Positions 52,101 to 64,000 of a stretch of DNA of 64,000 bases are shown here, in pieces; position 1 is the first letter of the stretch, and every line of letters begins with the position of its first letter. The notes below the pieces were generated by a model, which made no database searches, had not been told where the DNA came from, and saw only the letters and a program-made list of their open reading frames with translations. This DNA is from Raja brachyura (Eukaryota). The position numbers and the translations under genes are program-made. The DNA lies in assembly GCA_963514005.1 (NCBI GenBank), contig OY740799.1, forward strand, positions 8,804,001-8,868,000, written 5' to 3'.

Positions 52101-52379
52101 TCTGAAACCTGAAATTTTACAGGGGAAAGAAAGGACCCCCAACAGCTAACCCCAAACCTTTCAAAGAGGTAATGACAGGTCATTTACCTGCAACATTCAC
52201 TATGCTTCTTTCTCCACGGATGCCGTCTGACCCGCTGAGTATTTTCGATCTTATCTGTTTAAGTTTAGATTTCCCGCATCTGTAATATTTTGCATTCAGC
52301 TCTTGAGAAATCAAAAGGTCATTCAGGATATTAAGTAGACAAGCCTTGTCTGTTTCTCATTCTACCTAATAGTTCAGTG

Positions 52380-52585
52380 TAGTTTTAGTTAGTTTAGAGA
52401 TACAACCTGGAAACAGGCCCTTCGGCCCACCAAGTCCGCCCCGAGCAGTGATTCCCGCACATTAACACTACCCTACACACACTAGGGCCAATTTACAATT
52501 ATACCATGCCAATTCACCTACAAACCTGTAGGTCTTCGAGTGTGGGAGAAAATCAGAGCTCTGGGCGAAATCCCAGGCAATGGCA
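52380..52585 (-). mobile_element. HE1/V-SINE-like SINE 3' half, with further SINE/CR1-tail fragments to ~52930
   Basis: tttagttagtttagagataca...gaaacaggcccttcggccc is the reverse complement of the SINE tail. Confidence 0.75.
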
Positions 52586-53924
52586 GGCATGTGGGAGTAG
52601 GGTAGCTGGGACATTGTTGGACAGTGTGGGCGAGTTGGGCTGAAGGGCCTGTTTCCACACTGTATCACCGTATGACACTAAAACCTATGTTGGTCACGGT
52701 GAGAATGTATAAAATCAGGACATGCACCAGAAGTCAGCATTGGAACCTGCACCTCTGGCACTGTAAGGCAACAATGCTACCGCTGCGCAACCATGCTGCC
52801 CAGTGGGAGGAAACCAGAGCTGCTGGAGAAAACCCACGCAGGTCACAGAGAGAACATCCAAACTCCGTAACGACACACACCTGTGCTGAGGCATTAAACC
52901 CGAGTCTCTGGCGCTGTAAGGCAGCAAATAGTTTCATACTGATATAGTAAGCTCCCTTCACTCTTCAGGAAACAAAGAACTGCAGATGTTGGTTACTGCA
53001 CAAGAGGATACAAATTGCCTGATTAACTCAGCAGGTCAGGCAGCATCTGTGGAGAGAATGGTTAGGTGACAGTTCACTCTTTACACCGATCACCCGCTCA
53101 TCTCCAACATGCCTTGTTTTTAATAGAGAAGTCATCTTTATTTTATTTAATCTCCACACCGACAAATGAAATAGAGGGTAATAAACTCACTTTGAAGTAT
53201 TGTCTTGAAATACTATTGCAATTATAAAACAAAGAAAAAGCCAAAGCAAGCTCAGTGAGCTAAATGGGAAAATTATATATGTGGTGCGTAATGCAAACTT
53301 GCTCATTAGTGTGAACTGGTCCCTTGCAATGTTTCTTGGTACCAAGTATCAATAACCTTGGGGAGGAAATTCCTTTCGTCAGAAAGGCAACAATGCCTCT
53401 TTAATCAGTATTGGTGTCGGATTACTCTTGGTAGGGTGTACCGAGATACAGTGAAAAACATTGTTTTTTGTGCTAGCCTCGAAAATTAATCCATACATGT
53501 GTACAATCAAACTGTATGTGTGTACAAGTAGTGCAAAAAGAGAAAGGTGACAGAATGCAGAATATATTGTAAAAAAAGACACAAAGTGCTGTAGTAACAC
53601 TGTGGGTCAGGCAGCGTCTCCGGAGAACATGTGTAGGCGACCCTTCTTCAGACTGATTATGGTGGGGTGGGTCAGTAAGAGAGGAGGAGCAAGACTAAGC
53701 CTGGCAAGTGAGGGGGAGCAGTGAGAGAGGGTCTCACGGAACCGCCATCAGAGAGAGGAGAACGTCTTTAAATGAAGCATACCTTGAGGTGATTTCACAG
53801 TAGAGCAGGAACATGGAGAAACAGGGAACAAAGTGAGTCTGCTCTTTATCGTTCACCTGTCAGAGAAAGGAAATATCTGTGATAAAGTGAGACCAGTAAA
53901 TCATGAGATGTCCATCAACCAGCT

Positions 53925-54432
53925 TGGTTTGGGGACAGCTCCATCCAAGACCGCAAGAAATTGCAACGAATTGTGGACGCAGCCCAGGCCATTGCACAAA
54001 CCAACCTCCCTTCTATTGACTCCGATTATACCTCACGCTGCCTCCACAAGGCCAGCAGCATAATCAAGGACAAGTCGCAATCTGGCACTCCCTCTTCTCC
54101 CCTCTCCCATCGGGCAAAAGGTACAGAAGTGTGAAAAAGCGCACCTCCAGATTCGGAGACAGTTTCTTCCCAGCTGTTATCAGGCAACTGGACCATCCTA
54201 CCACAACCAGAGAGCAGTCCTGAACTACTATCTACCTCTTTGGTGACCCTCGGACTGTCCTTGATCGGACATTGCTGACTTTACCTTGCACTAAACGTTA
54301 TTCCCTTATCATGTGTCTATACACCGTAAATGGATCGATTGTAATCATGTATTGTCCTTCTGCTGACTGGATAGCATAAAACAAAAGCTTTTCACTCTAC
54401 CTCGGTACACGTGATAATAAACTAAACTGAAT
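53925..54432 (+). mobile_element. Rex1/Babar-type LINE 3' end
   Basis: KASSIIKD...SLFSPLPSGKRYRSVK...RFGDSFFPAVIRQL; aataaactaaactgaa tail. Confidence 0.8.
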
Positions 54433-54489
54433 CAAATGGGTTAATTGGAACTGTTAAAGGATGATCGTACAAGGAAAAAACAGCCAAAC

Positions 54490-54697
54490 ATCTGTAGCCT
54501 CCCTTTGATCTGGTATTTTGTTGGTTCACATGCTTGATCAATGGTGTTTTATCATTAATGTTTTATTATTATTAATGTTTAGTGTTTTATGAGTCATTCG
54601 TAACTGTCACTGTATGTCATGTTGTTACTTGTGGGCGGAGCACCAAGGCAAATTCCTTGTATGTGAATACTTGGCCAATAAACTTACTTACTTACTA
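54490..54697 (+). mobile_element. LINE 3' UTR fragment with (TTAC)n tail
   Basis: caaattccttgtatgtgaatacttggccaataaacttacttacttact. Confidence 0.65.
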
Positions 54698-55889
54698 ATG
54701 TGGCTCCCTGGAGTGGAGGTCGGGATGAGGAGGGCAGGTCGAGGTCGAGGATGAAGTGGGGGGGTCAAGGACGGAGGACGGACGTGGTTTAAATCAAAGA
54801 AAGACTAAAAAATGCTGGAGTAACTCAGCGGGACAGGCAGCATCTCTGGAGCGAAGGTTTGGGTGACTTGAGTCTGAAGAGGGGTCTCAACCAGAAACGT
54901 CACCCATCCCTTCTCTCCAGGGATGCTGCCTGTCCCGCTGAGTTACTCCAGCATTTTTGAGTCCATCTTCGATTTAAACCAGCATCTGTAGTTCCTTCTT
55001 ACGCAACCTCATTTAATTTATTGTGCACAGCGGTTTAATCAAATATCTGTGTTCCAAGCCCCTTTTTCATATCAATAAATCACTAAAAAGAGAAAGGAAA
55101 AAAACAAAACTGTTCCAGCAATTCCACAGAATACATTGCCAAGATTTCAGGTTTATGACAGTCATCAGACTCAAGTGACATGATGTCTTTCTGAGCAACA
55201 TTCATTCCATCAAACAGGATTGGCAGTGTGATGTTTACAGATCGCTTGTTTATATTGTGGATTTTATCTACTTTTCAATGAGAAACATTTTTTTTTCCCC
55301 TTGTACTGAGTGATGCTTGTCAATAAAGACCCAAAGATGAACAAATTCTGTTACTTTTAATGAACCAGCTCTGCACTCTCCCTTTTAAACACAAAATGCT
55401 GGAGTAATTCAGCAGGACAGGCAGCATCTCTGGAGAGAAGGCATGGGTGACGTTTCGGGTCAAGACCTTTCTTCAGACTCCACCTGAAACGTAATCCATC
55501 CCTTCGCTCCAGAGATGCTGCCTGTCCCGCTGAGTTACTCCAGCTTTTTGTGTCTATCTTCGGTTGAAACCAGCATCTGCAGCTCCTTCAGACACATTTG
55601 CCCTTTCTTTTCTTTTGGGCCTTCCTGGACTGATTCTCTTCATCCCATTTTGTCCCTGAACCATGCATCCATTTGCTGTTCATGTTTCACTGGTGACAGT
55701 GAAGACATGTAAGGCCAGGCTTGGAAAATAGTTTAAGTCGCCAGCCTTAAAGTCAAAGAATGGCACGCCACAGAAAATGCTTTTTAATCCATAACGTCAT
55801 GGCTCACGATTTAAACGTTTTCCAATTAACCCAATTTTCCCCCATTCTGTTACCATAGCTCTGCAAATAATCCTCAAACCATTTAAGGT

Positions 55890-56205
55890 ATCATAGAATC
55901 ATAGAAAATAGGTGCAGGAGTAGGCCATTCGGCCCTTCGAGCCTGCACTGCCATTCAATATGATCATGGCTGATCATCCAACTCAGTATCCCATACCTGC
56001 CTTCTCTCCATACCCCCTGATCCCTTTAGCCACAAGGGCCACATCTAACTCCCTCTTAAATATAGTCAATGAACTGGCCTCAACCACCTTCTGTGGCAGA
56101 GAATTCCACAGATTCACCACTCTCTGTGTGAAAAATGATTTCCTCATCTCGGTCCTAAAAGACTTCCCCCTTATCCTTAAACTGTGACCCCTTGTTCTGG
56201 AGTTC
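55890..56205 (-). mobile_element. CR1 3' fragment
   Basis: SRTRGHSLRIRGKSFRTEMRKSFFTQRVVNLWNSLP; tail read on plus as (tcatagaa)n. Confidence 0.9.
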
Positions 56206-56929
56206 CAGAACAAGTCAATTGGTCTACCTCAAAGCACTGGGTTAAGGTGAGAAGGGAGATCTGAGGGGCACATTTTTTCATGGAGGTGGTGAATATATGG
56301 AACAAGCTGTCAGAGGAAGAAGGGAGGGACAGATACAATCAGGATGTTAAAAAAGCATTTAGGCAGGTACATGGTTTAGGTTTAATGTAATTGTCACGTG
56401 AACCGAGTAACAGTGAAAAGTTGTGTTTTTCATGCTATCCCATCAGATTAGATAACACTGTACATAAATACAATCAAGTCAAACTCAAGCACAATATGTA
56501 GAGCAACGAGTGCAGAGGAAAGATACAGAGTACAGTTCTCAGCATGTTGTGCAACTGTTCCAGACCCGAAACGTCACTGTTCCTTTTCTGCAGAGATGCT
56601 GCTTGACCCAATGAGTTACTCCAGCGTTTTGTGTCTATCTTCAGTTCCATGGATAAGTCAGATAACGGAGGACAAGCTGTTCCTGTGTATGGTGGAGCGC
56701 AGTTTCAAGCTTCTGTTCCTATTCCCTAACACGAGCAGGGACATGGGTGGGACAAGTCTTCGATTATGTTGGCTGCTTTCCTGAGGATCAATGGTGGGGA
56801 GTCTGGTCTGCGTGGTGGACTGGGCTAAATCTACAACTCTGCAATTTCTTGCAATCTTAGGCAGGTCTATTCCCAAACCAAGCTGTGAGGCAACCCAACA
56901 GTATGCTTTCCCACCAAATTTATTTCCAC

Positions 56930-58552
56930 ATACCTCAACTCCATCCTATCCCTCCCTACCTGGTGAAATCCCTCCCTACCTATGTTCAAGACACCTCACA
57001 CGTCTATTCTAGGCCTTCCGTTTTCTTGTCTCCCATTCCCTCATCTTCACCATGGATGTCCAGTCACTCTACACCTCCATCCCCCACCAGGAGGATCTTA
57101 AATCCCTTCGTTTCTTCCTCGACCGCAGAACCAACCAATCCCCGTCTACTGATCGTCTCCTCGGCCTAGCGGAGCTGGTCCTTATCCTTAACAACTTTTC
57201 GTTTGACTCCTCCCATTTCCTCCAAATGCAAGGCGTAGCTATGGGCACGCGCATGGGCCCTAGCTATGCCTGCCTCTTTGTAGGGTACGTCGAACAATCT
57301 TTGTTCGAGGGTTAGCAGGATCCTATCCCCAAACTCTACCTCCACTACATCAACAACTGCATTGGTACTAGCTCCTGCACCCACACACAACTGACTGACT
57401 TCATCCGCTTCACCACTAACTTCCATCCGGCACTCAAATGCACCTGGACCTTTTCCGACATTTTCCTACCATTTCTAGACCTCACTATCTCCATCGCAGG
57501 TGACAGACTACTGACCGACACCTACTATAAACCCATTGAGTCCCATGGCCATCTGGACTACACTTCTTCCCACCCTGCTCCATCCCCTACTCCCAATTCC
57601 CCCGTCTACGCCGCATCTGCACCCAGGATGAGGTGTTCCAAACCACGGCATCAGCGATGTCCTCATTCTTCAGGGAACGGGGGTTCCCTCTTCTACTATA
57701 GATGAGGCTCTCACCAGGGTCTGTTCTGTACCCCGTAACTCTGCTCTCACTCTCCATCCCCCCCCCACTCGTAACAAGGGCAGAGTCTTCCTTGTCCTCA
57801 CCTTCCACCCTACCAGCAGTCACATACAACAAATAATCCTCTGACATTTTCGCCACCTCCAACGGGATCCCACCACTTGCCACATCTTCCCATCTCCTCC
57901 CGTCTGCTTATCGCAGAGACCGCTCCCTCCGCAGACAAACCACCCCCTCTCCTGGCACTTTCCCTTGCAACCGCAGGAAACGCTACACTTGTCGCTTTAC
58001 CTCCCCCCTTGACTCCATTCAAGGACCCAAGCGGTCTTTCCAGGTGCGGCAGAGGTTCACCTGCACCTCCTCTATTGCATCCACTGCTCTAGGTGTCAGC
58101 TGCTCTACATCGGTGAGACCAAGCGTAGGCTTGGTGATCGTTTCGCCCAACACCTCCGCTCAGTTCGCAATAACCAACCTGATCTCCCTGTGGCTCAGCA
58201 CTTCAACTCCCCCTCCCATTCCACATCCGACCTTTCTGTCCTGGGCCTCCTCCATGGCCAGAGTGAGGCCCACCATAAATTGGTGGAGCAGCACCTCATA
58301 TTTCGCTTGGGCAGTTTACACCCCAGCGGTATGAACATGCAGCGGTATGAACATTGACGTCTCCAATTTCAGGTAGTCCCTGGTTTCTCCTCCCTTGCCC
58401 AGCTCTCCCTCAGCCCACTGTCTCCTCCTCACCCTTTCTTCTTCCCGCCACCCACCCTCACATCAGTCTGAAGAAGGGTCTCGACCCGAAATGTCGCCTA
58501 TTTCCTTCACTCCATAGATGCTGCCTCACCCGTTGACTTTCTCCAGCATGCT
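56930..58552 (+). mobile_element. Decayed Penelope-like element (RT plus GIY-YIG endonuclease, terminal hammerhead-like motif)
   Basis: TMDVQSLYTSIPH, QMQGVAMGTRMGPSYACLFVGYVE, decayed YIDD (YINN), LYIGETKRRLGDRFAQHLRSV, PVAQHFNSPSH; ends with CTGAAGAAGGGTCTCGACCCGAAATGTC at 58468-58495. Confidence 0.92.
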
Positions 58553-58618
58553 TTCTATGGTGCATCTGTAGACGTTTGTAAGAGTCATTGGAGAAGTTTC
58601 TTCGGTCTCCTAAGAAAG

Positions 58619-59632
58619 TATAGGCGTTGATGCGCCTGCTTGCATCTCCCATCAATATGTTTCATTCACAACAGATCATTAGTAATATGCCAAAGAACAT
58701 GGTGGCGCAAAGGTAGAGTTGCTGCTTACAGTGCTTGCAGCCCCAGAGACCCGTGTTCGATCCCAACTACAGGTGCTGTCTGTATGGTGTTTGTACGTTC
58801 TCCCCTTGACCTGTGTGGGTTTTCTCCGAGATCTTCAGTTTCCTCCCACACTCCATAGACGTAGAGGTATGCAGGTAAGTTGGCTTGATAAATGTAAAAA
58901 ATTGTCCCTTGTGTGTGTATTGTCCCTATTGTCAATATGCGGGGATCGCTGGTCGGTGAGGACCCGGTGGGCCAAAGGGCCAGTTTCCGCACTGCATCTC
59001 TAAACTAAGCTAAAAATTAAACATGAAGCTTTTGCACCATTGATGCTGCTTGGGGCATGTATCCCATGCGCCCTGAAGTTGATAATTAACTCTCTCATCT
59101 AACTGACAATGAGGGAGAGGTTGTTGTCCTGACACCATGTTAGCATTGGATAATAAGAGTGGAATTGGGCTTAATGAGGAAAATGGGATTAGCGTAGCTA
59201 GGCATGTTGGTCATCTTGGATTTGTTGGACCAAAGGCCCTGTTTCCATGCTGTACGAGTCTATAATTGTATAACTTTATTATCATTTTCCTGAGTACTTA
59301 CATACCCAGAGGAAACGAAAAACCGTTGCTCAACCAGTGTCCATTCAGTGTGCGGTAAAAAATAAATAGAAATAAAAATAAAAATACATATATCATCATG
59401 AGTTCCAATCGGCAGCGGCACGACAATGACTCTGCTTCAGTGTGTCCAGGTTGGTCGTTGGTGCGCGATACTTTGGCAGGGGGCAAAGTCCGTTTATCAG
59501 TCTTATAGCCTGCGGGAAGAAGCTGAGGAGCATCCTGCTGGTTTTGCAGCTGATGCTCCTGTACCTCTTCCCAGATGGCAGGATGGAGAATATGTGATGC
59601 GATGGGTGGTAGGGGTCTTTGATGATGGAGTT
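58619..59632 (+). repeat. Left arm of a 1014-bp inverted duplication (SINE ~58700-59015 plus Rex1 3' end)
   Basis: Reverse complement of 62550-63563; about 7 substitutions seen by eye; equal arm lengths. Confidence 0.95.
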
Positions 59633-59930
59633 AGAGCCAACTAACTCTTGATACATCTCTTCCTGTATAGGTCGAGCAGGAAAGGGAGTGGAGCACCAAT
59701 AATCCTGCTGGCGGTCTTCACAATCCTGTCTAGTTGGTGCCGTTCGTACGCTTTGCAGCTCCCGAACCAGGAAGTGAGGCCGTAGGTTAATGTGTCCCCC
59801 TATAAAAACTTCCTAGGTGTGCAGTGGGGGGACCTGCTTTCCGTAGTCTTCGGAGAGGGTGTAGTCGCTGCTGGGCTCTCTTGACCAGTGCTGTGGCGTT
59901 GGTCGTGGACGTCAGGTCATCTGACAGGTG
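59330..59930 (-). mobile_element. Rex1/Babar-type LINE 3' part
   Basis: SIIKDPYHPSHHIFSILPSGKRYRSISCKTSRMLLSFFPQAIRLIN; continues past the duplication edge to ~59930. Confidence 0.85.
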
Positions 59931-60919
59931 GAGTCTATGGCTGGATGTTGAGATTCAACATGTCTGGGGCTCAGTTGTCCAGAGCTTAGGCCGTAAACCA
60001 AGGGTGTTGACCACTGCAATGCCGCACCCACGTCAAAATGCAAGTCTAGGTACTGGGAGAATCCAACTCGATGTATTTACCGGAAAACAGTCAAGAAGTA
60101 AAGAAACCCTGATGGCAGTGAATCAAATTATCATGGGAGAATTTGCATGTGAAAAATGAGTCAAAATTAAGCTCAGAAAGCAAATAATCAGAATTAGTTT
60201 AGTTTAGTAATTAAGAAATAAAAGTGGTCATTCAGAATTTCAATAGATGCATTCATAGGGAGATGAATTGATTGAACCCTCTTCAAAAAGAGGGGACAAA
60301 AACTCACAGTGGGTTGATAAAGAGATCTTGGTGAAGCATCTCTGAGACCAAATAGATGTGATGTGCATATCCAAGGCATGATAAGAAAGACAAATGGCTA
60401 AAGATCAATTGATGGAAAATGACTCGAGGTAATGAGGTAATTGAATCTCCGAAGTGCACAATTTGAAAAGCTGAAAGCTGACAACTGTGATCGGCTCGGT
60501 TTATATTAATTGGGAAGTTTAAAACAATCCAATATTATCTGTGGCAGCCCCGTACATTCAGGCGTCGACGGGATATCAAGCAGAAGAAAGGACTTCAATG
60601 TAATGTGATCAAGACACTTCTAATATTGGTGATTTCATTCAATGCCTTTAAAAGATAAAGATTGATGAAGAGTGGCCACAAGAATTTACGGCAAAGAGCA
60701 ATCTGCAAAAAAATCCAAGGCAGAGAATAAGGTTGTGACAGGAATCAGGTGAAAATACTGGAAACCTGGACATGCTACAGGTCTACAGTGTGTTAGCCAC
60801 CCAGAGTGAGGACATTTGGTTAGGCCTGACCCTCACATAGTATGACCCGTTGATAACGTTTGATTAGTACGGGTGTCAGGGGTTATGGGGTTATGGGGAG
60901 AAAGCAGGAGCATGGGGTT

Positions 60920-61563
60920 GAAAGCTTTTGGTGTGCTGGCCTTTATAAATCAGAGCATTGAATGTAGGAGTAGGGAAGTAATGTTAAAATTGTACAAGGC
61001 ATTGGTAAGACCAATTCTGGAGTATGGTGTACAATTTTGGTCGCCTAATTATAGGAAGGATGTCAACAAAATAGAGAGAGTACAGAGGAGATTTACCAGA
61101 ATGTTGCCTGGGTTCCAGCAACTAAGTTACAGAGAAAGGTTGAACAAGTTAGGTCTTTATTCTTTGGAGCGCAGAAGGTTAAGGGGGGGATTTGATTGAG
61201 GTCTTTAAAATGATGAAAGGGATAGACAGAGTTGACGTGGATAAGCTTTTCCCATTGACGGTAGGGAAGATTCAAACACGAGGGCATGACATGAGAATTA
61301 AGGGACAGAAGTTTAGGGGTAACATGAGGGGGAACTTCTTTACTCAGAGAGTGGTGGCTGTGTGGAATGATCTTCCAGCAGAAGTGGTGGAGGCAGGATC
61401 GATTTTAACATTTAAAAGTAAAGTGGATAGGTATATGGACGGGAAGGGAATGGAGGGGTATGGTCTGAGTGCAGGTAGATGGGACTAGGGGAAAATAAAT
61501 GGTCGGCACGGACTGGAAGGGCCGAGAAGGCCTGTTTCTGTGCTGTAATGGTTATATGGTATA
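60920..61563 (+). mobile_element. Young CR1 LINE, 5'-truncated
   Basis: LKLYKALVRPILEYGVQFWSPNY...FFTQRVVAVWNDLP; atggttatatggt tail. An older CR1 follows at ~61610-61960. Confidence 0.92.
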
Positions 61564-62549
61564 TAAAATTATGAGAGCATAGAAAGGTTAAAAAGTACTA
61601 TTAAAATTGTATATAAAATTAGGAGTCATCGATAGAGTTGACAGACAGAAACTTTTTCCAAGGGTAGAAATGTCGAAGTCCAAATTGCATAGCATTAAGG
61701 TGAGAGGGGCAAAGTTTAAAGGAGGAGGGCAGGCAAGTCTTTATACAGAGGGTGGTGGGTGCCTGGAATGTGCTGCCAGGGATGGCGGTGGAGGCAATTA
61801 CGATGGTGACATTCAAGTGCCTTTGAGAAAGGCACATGGATGGATATGTAGGGAATGGAGGGATATGGATCATGTACAGGCAGATGAGATCAGTTTGGAT
61901 TGGCATCATGTTCAGCACAAACATTGTGGGTCGAAGGGCCTGTTCCATTGCTGTGATGCTCAATGTACACATGGTATACAGAGAGAAGTCTTGGAGATGC
62001 ATTGTATTGGTGTGGCATGGTGTCCCATCTACACTGGGTTGTTGCTCTGCTTTCATCCTTTTAGGGTTGTTCCTGAGTGTGGAAGAGTAAGGGAATGACA
62101 CAATCATGGTATTTAAAATGACCAATGAACCTGGCAGTGGACAAGGAGAAAACTGTTTTCTCTGGTTGAGAAAAAGTGACACGAGCTTACAATTAGAGGC
62201 AAAGTGTTCAGCAGTGAAATCAGGAAGCATTCTTCACACAAATGGTGGTGAAAATGTGAAGTATTCTCTGCCGACGAACTGTGGTTACTGGAACAACAAA
62301 AACTTGATTGATTTTGTCAGGGCCTTTGGAGCTAAAGCAGGTAAATGGGACCACAGTGCAGATCAGTCTCAATCTATTTGGAGGGTCAAGGAGGCATGAC
62401 AGACTGAATTTTTATTCTATATTCTCAATGCTGCATTCCCAAGCAGTTATTTCCACGATAGTGGGGGGGGGGGGGGGGGGGCGCTCGATGATCAGGAAAC
62501 AATTGAATTTGCACAATTCAAGGAAATTAGCAAATGATATAATATGTAC

Positions 62550-63563
62550 AACTCCATCATCAAAGACCCCTACCACCCATCGCATCACATATTCTCCATC
62601 CTGCCATCTGGGAAGAGGTACAGGAGCATCAGCTGCAAAACCAGCAGGATGCTCCTCAGCTTCTTCCCGCAGGCTATAAGACTGATAAACGGACTTTGCC
62701 CCCTGCCAAAGTATCGCGCACCAACGACCAACCTGGACACACTGAAGCAGAGTCATTGTCGTGCCGCTGCCGATTGGAACTCATGATGATATATGTATTT
62801 TTATTTTTATTTCTATTTATTTTTTACCGCACACTGAATGGAAACTGGTTGAGCAACGTTTTTTCGTTTCCTCTGGGTATGTAAGTACTCAGGAAAATGA
62901 TAATAAAGTTATACAATTATAGACTCGTACAGCATGGAAACAGGGCCTTTGGTCCAACAAATCCAAGATGACCAAGATGCCTAGCTACGCTAATCCCATT
63001 TTCCTCATTAAGCCCAATTCCACTCTTATTATCCAATGCTAACATGGTGTCAGGACAACAACCTCTCCCTCATTGTCAGTTAGATGAGAGAGTTAATTAT
63101 CAACTTCAGGGCGCATGGGATACATGCCCCAAGCAGCATCAATGGTGCAAAAGCTTCATGTTTAATTTTTAGCTTAGTTTAGAGATGCAGTGCGGAAACT
63201 GGCCCTTTGGCCCACCGGGTCCTCACCGACCAGCGATCCCCGCATATTGACAATAGGGACAATACACACACAAGGGACAATTTTTTACATTTATCAAGCC
63301 AACTTACCTGCATACCTCTACGTCTATGGAGTGTGGGAGGAAACTGAAGATCTCGGAGAAAACCCACACAGGTCAAGGGGAGAACGTACAAACACCATTC
63401 AGACAGCACCTGTAGTTGGGATCGAACACGGGTCTCTGGGGCTGCAAGCGCTGTAAGCAGCAACTCTACCTTTGCGCCACCATGTTCTTTGGCATATTAC
63501 TAATGATCTGTTGTGGACGAAACATATTGATGGGAGATGCAAGCAGGCGCATCAACGCCTATA
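62550..63563 (-). repeat. Right arm of the 1014-bp inverted duplication
   Basis: Inverted copy of 58619-59632, followed by a 57-bp CR1 filler (63564-63620). Confidence 0.95.
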
Positions 63564-64000
63564 TCAAGTCCCCCCTTAACCTTCTGCGCTCCAAAGAATA
63601 AAGACCTAACTTGTTCAACCTGTACAATTTTAATAGTACATTTAACTCCCCTCTCTGAAGCTGCTGATTAACAATAAGATTTATAAAAATGACAGCCTCA
63701 TTTGTTAATTGGAATCATAGACCACGGAAACATGTCCTCCATCACAATTTGTTCATGCCCTCCTCGATACCCCAGCTAAGCTAATCCCATTTGTCTGCGT
63801 TTGGCCCATATCCATTGAAACCTTTCCCATACACCTATCTGTCCAGGTGCATTTTAAATGCTGTTACAGTGCTGGCAGCTCGTTCCATACAGCCACCACC
63901 CGCTGAGTGAATTGTCATTGAAAAAACCTTGTCATTTCCGAGTCTGAAATTTCATCAAGGCAAAATCAAAAGATATTCAACATTCCTTGGCGGTACAATT

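Noticed and set aside
51704-52183. ORF-track ORFs over the EIF5B fragment
   Set aside because: Antisense or UTR frames; the meaningful frame is the short frameshifted minus-strand eIF5B N-terminus.
6030-55600. CRISPR-like array suggested by recurring palindromic repeats
   Set aside because: Copies are dispersed and divergent with no regular spacers, in a eukaryotic context with no cas genes.
58323-58355. 16-bp tandem duplication cagcggtatgaacat(g/t) in the PLE
   Set aside because: An ordinary slippage lesion in a dead element.
58619-63563. Long-TIR transposon (Polinton/foldback) interpretation of the inverted repeat
   Set aside because: The arms consist of SINE/LINE debris and break mid-element, the left LINE continues into the spacer, and no transposase or outer TSD is visible.

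Overview
Repeat-dense vertebrate genomic DNA, most likely a cartilaginous fish (skate/ray; inferred from HE1/V-SINE-like SINEs, CR1 LINEs and abundant Penelope-derived palindromes). The only clear host gene is the 5' part of plexin A4 (plxna4) on the minus strand: a large first coding exon (24591-25881, ATG at 25757), a 183-nt exon (15080-15262), a long intron running off the left edge, and a CpG/microsatellite-rich candidate promoter region at ~31.9-36.8 kb. The rest is CR1, Rex1/Babar, L1/Tx1 and Penelope retroelements, SINEs and DNA-transposon derivatives. Main observations: (1) a two-copy DNA transposon with TAG..CTA ends and an apparent 7-bp TSD (hATw-like); its longer copy keeps a decayed Spin/Ssty (spindlin)-like Tudor domain that the ORF track misses. 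(2) About 25-30 palindromic Penelope-derived mini-elements carrying minimal hammerhead-ribozyme cores, next to a decayed parent PLE with the same end. (3) A 5'-end-only EIF5B retrocopy. (4) A 1014-bp, ~99% identical inverted duplication with a CR1 filler, flanked by a TGTACAA repeat. Repeat family names come from motif recognition by eye, and repeat boundaries are approximate unless termini are quoted.
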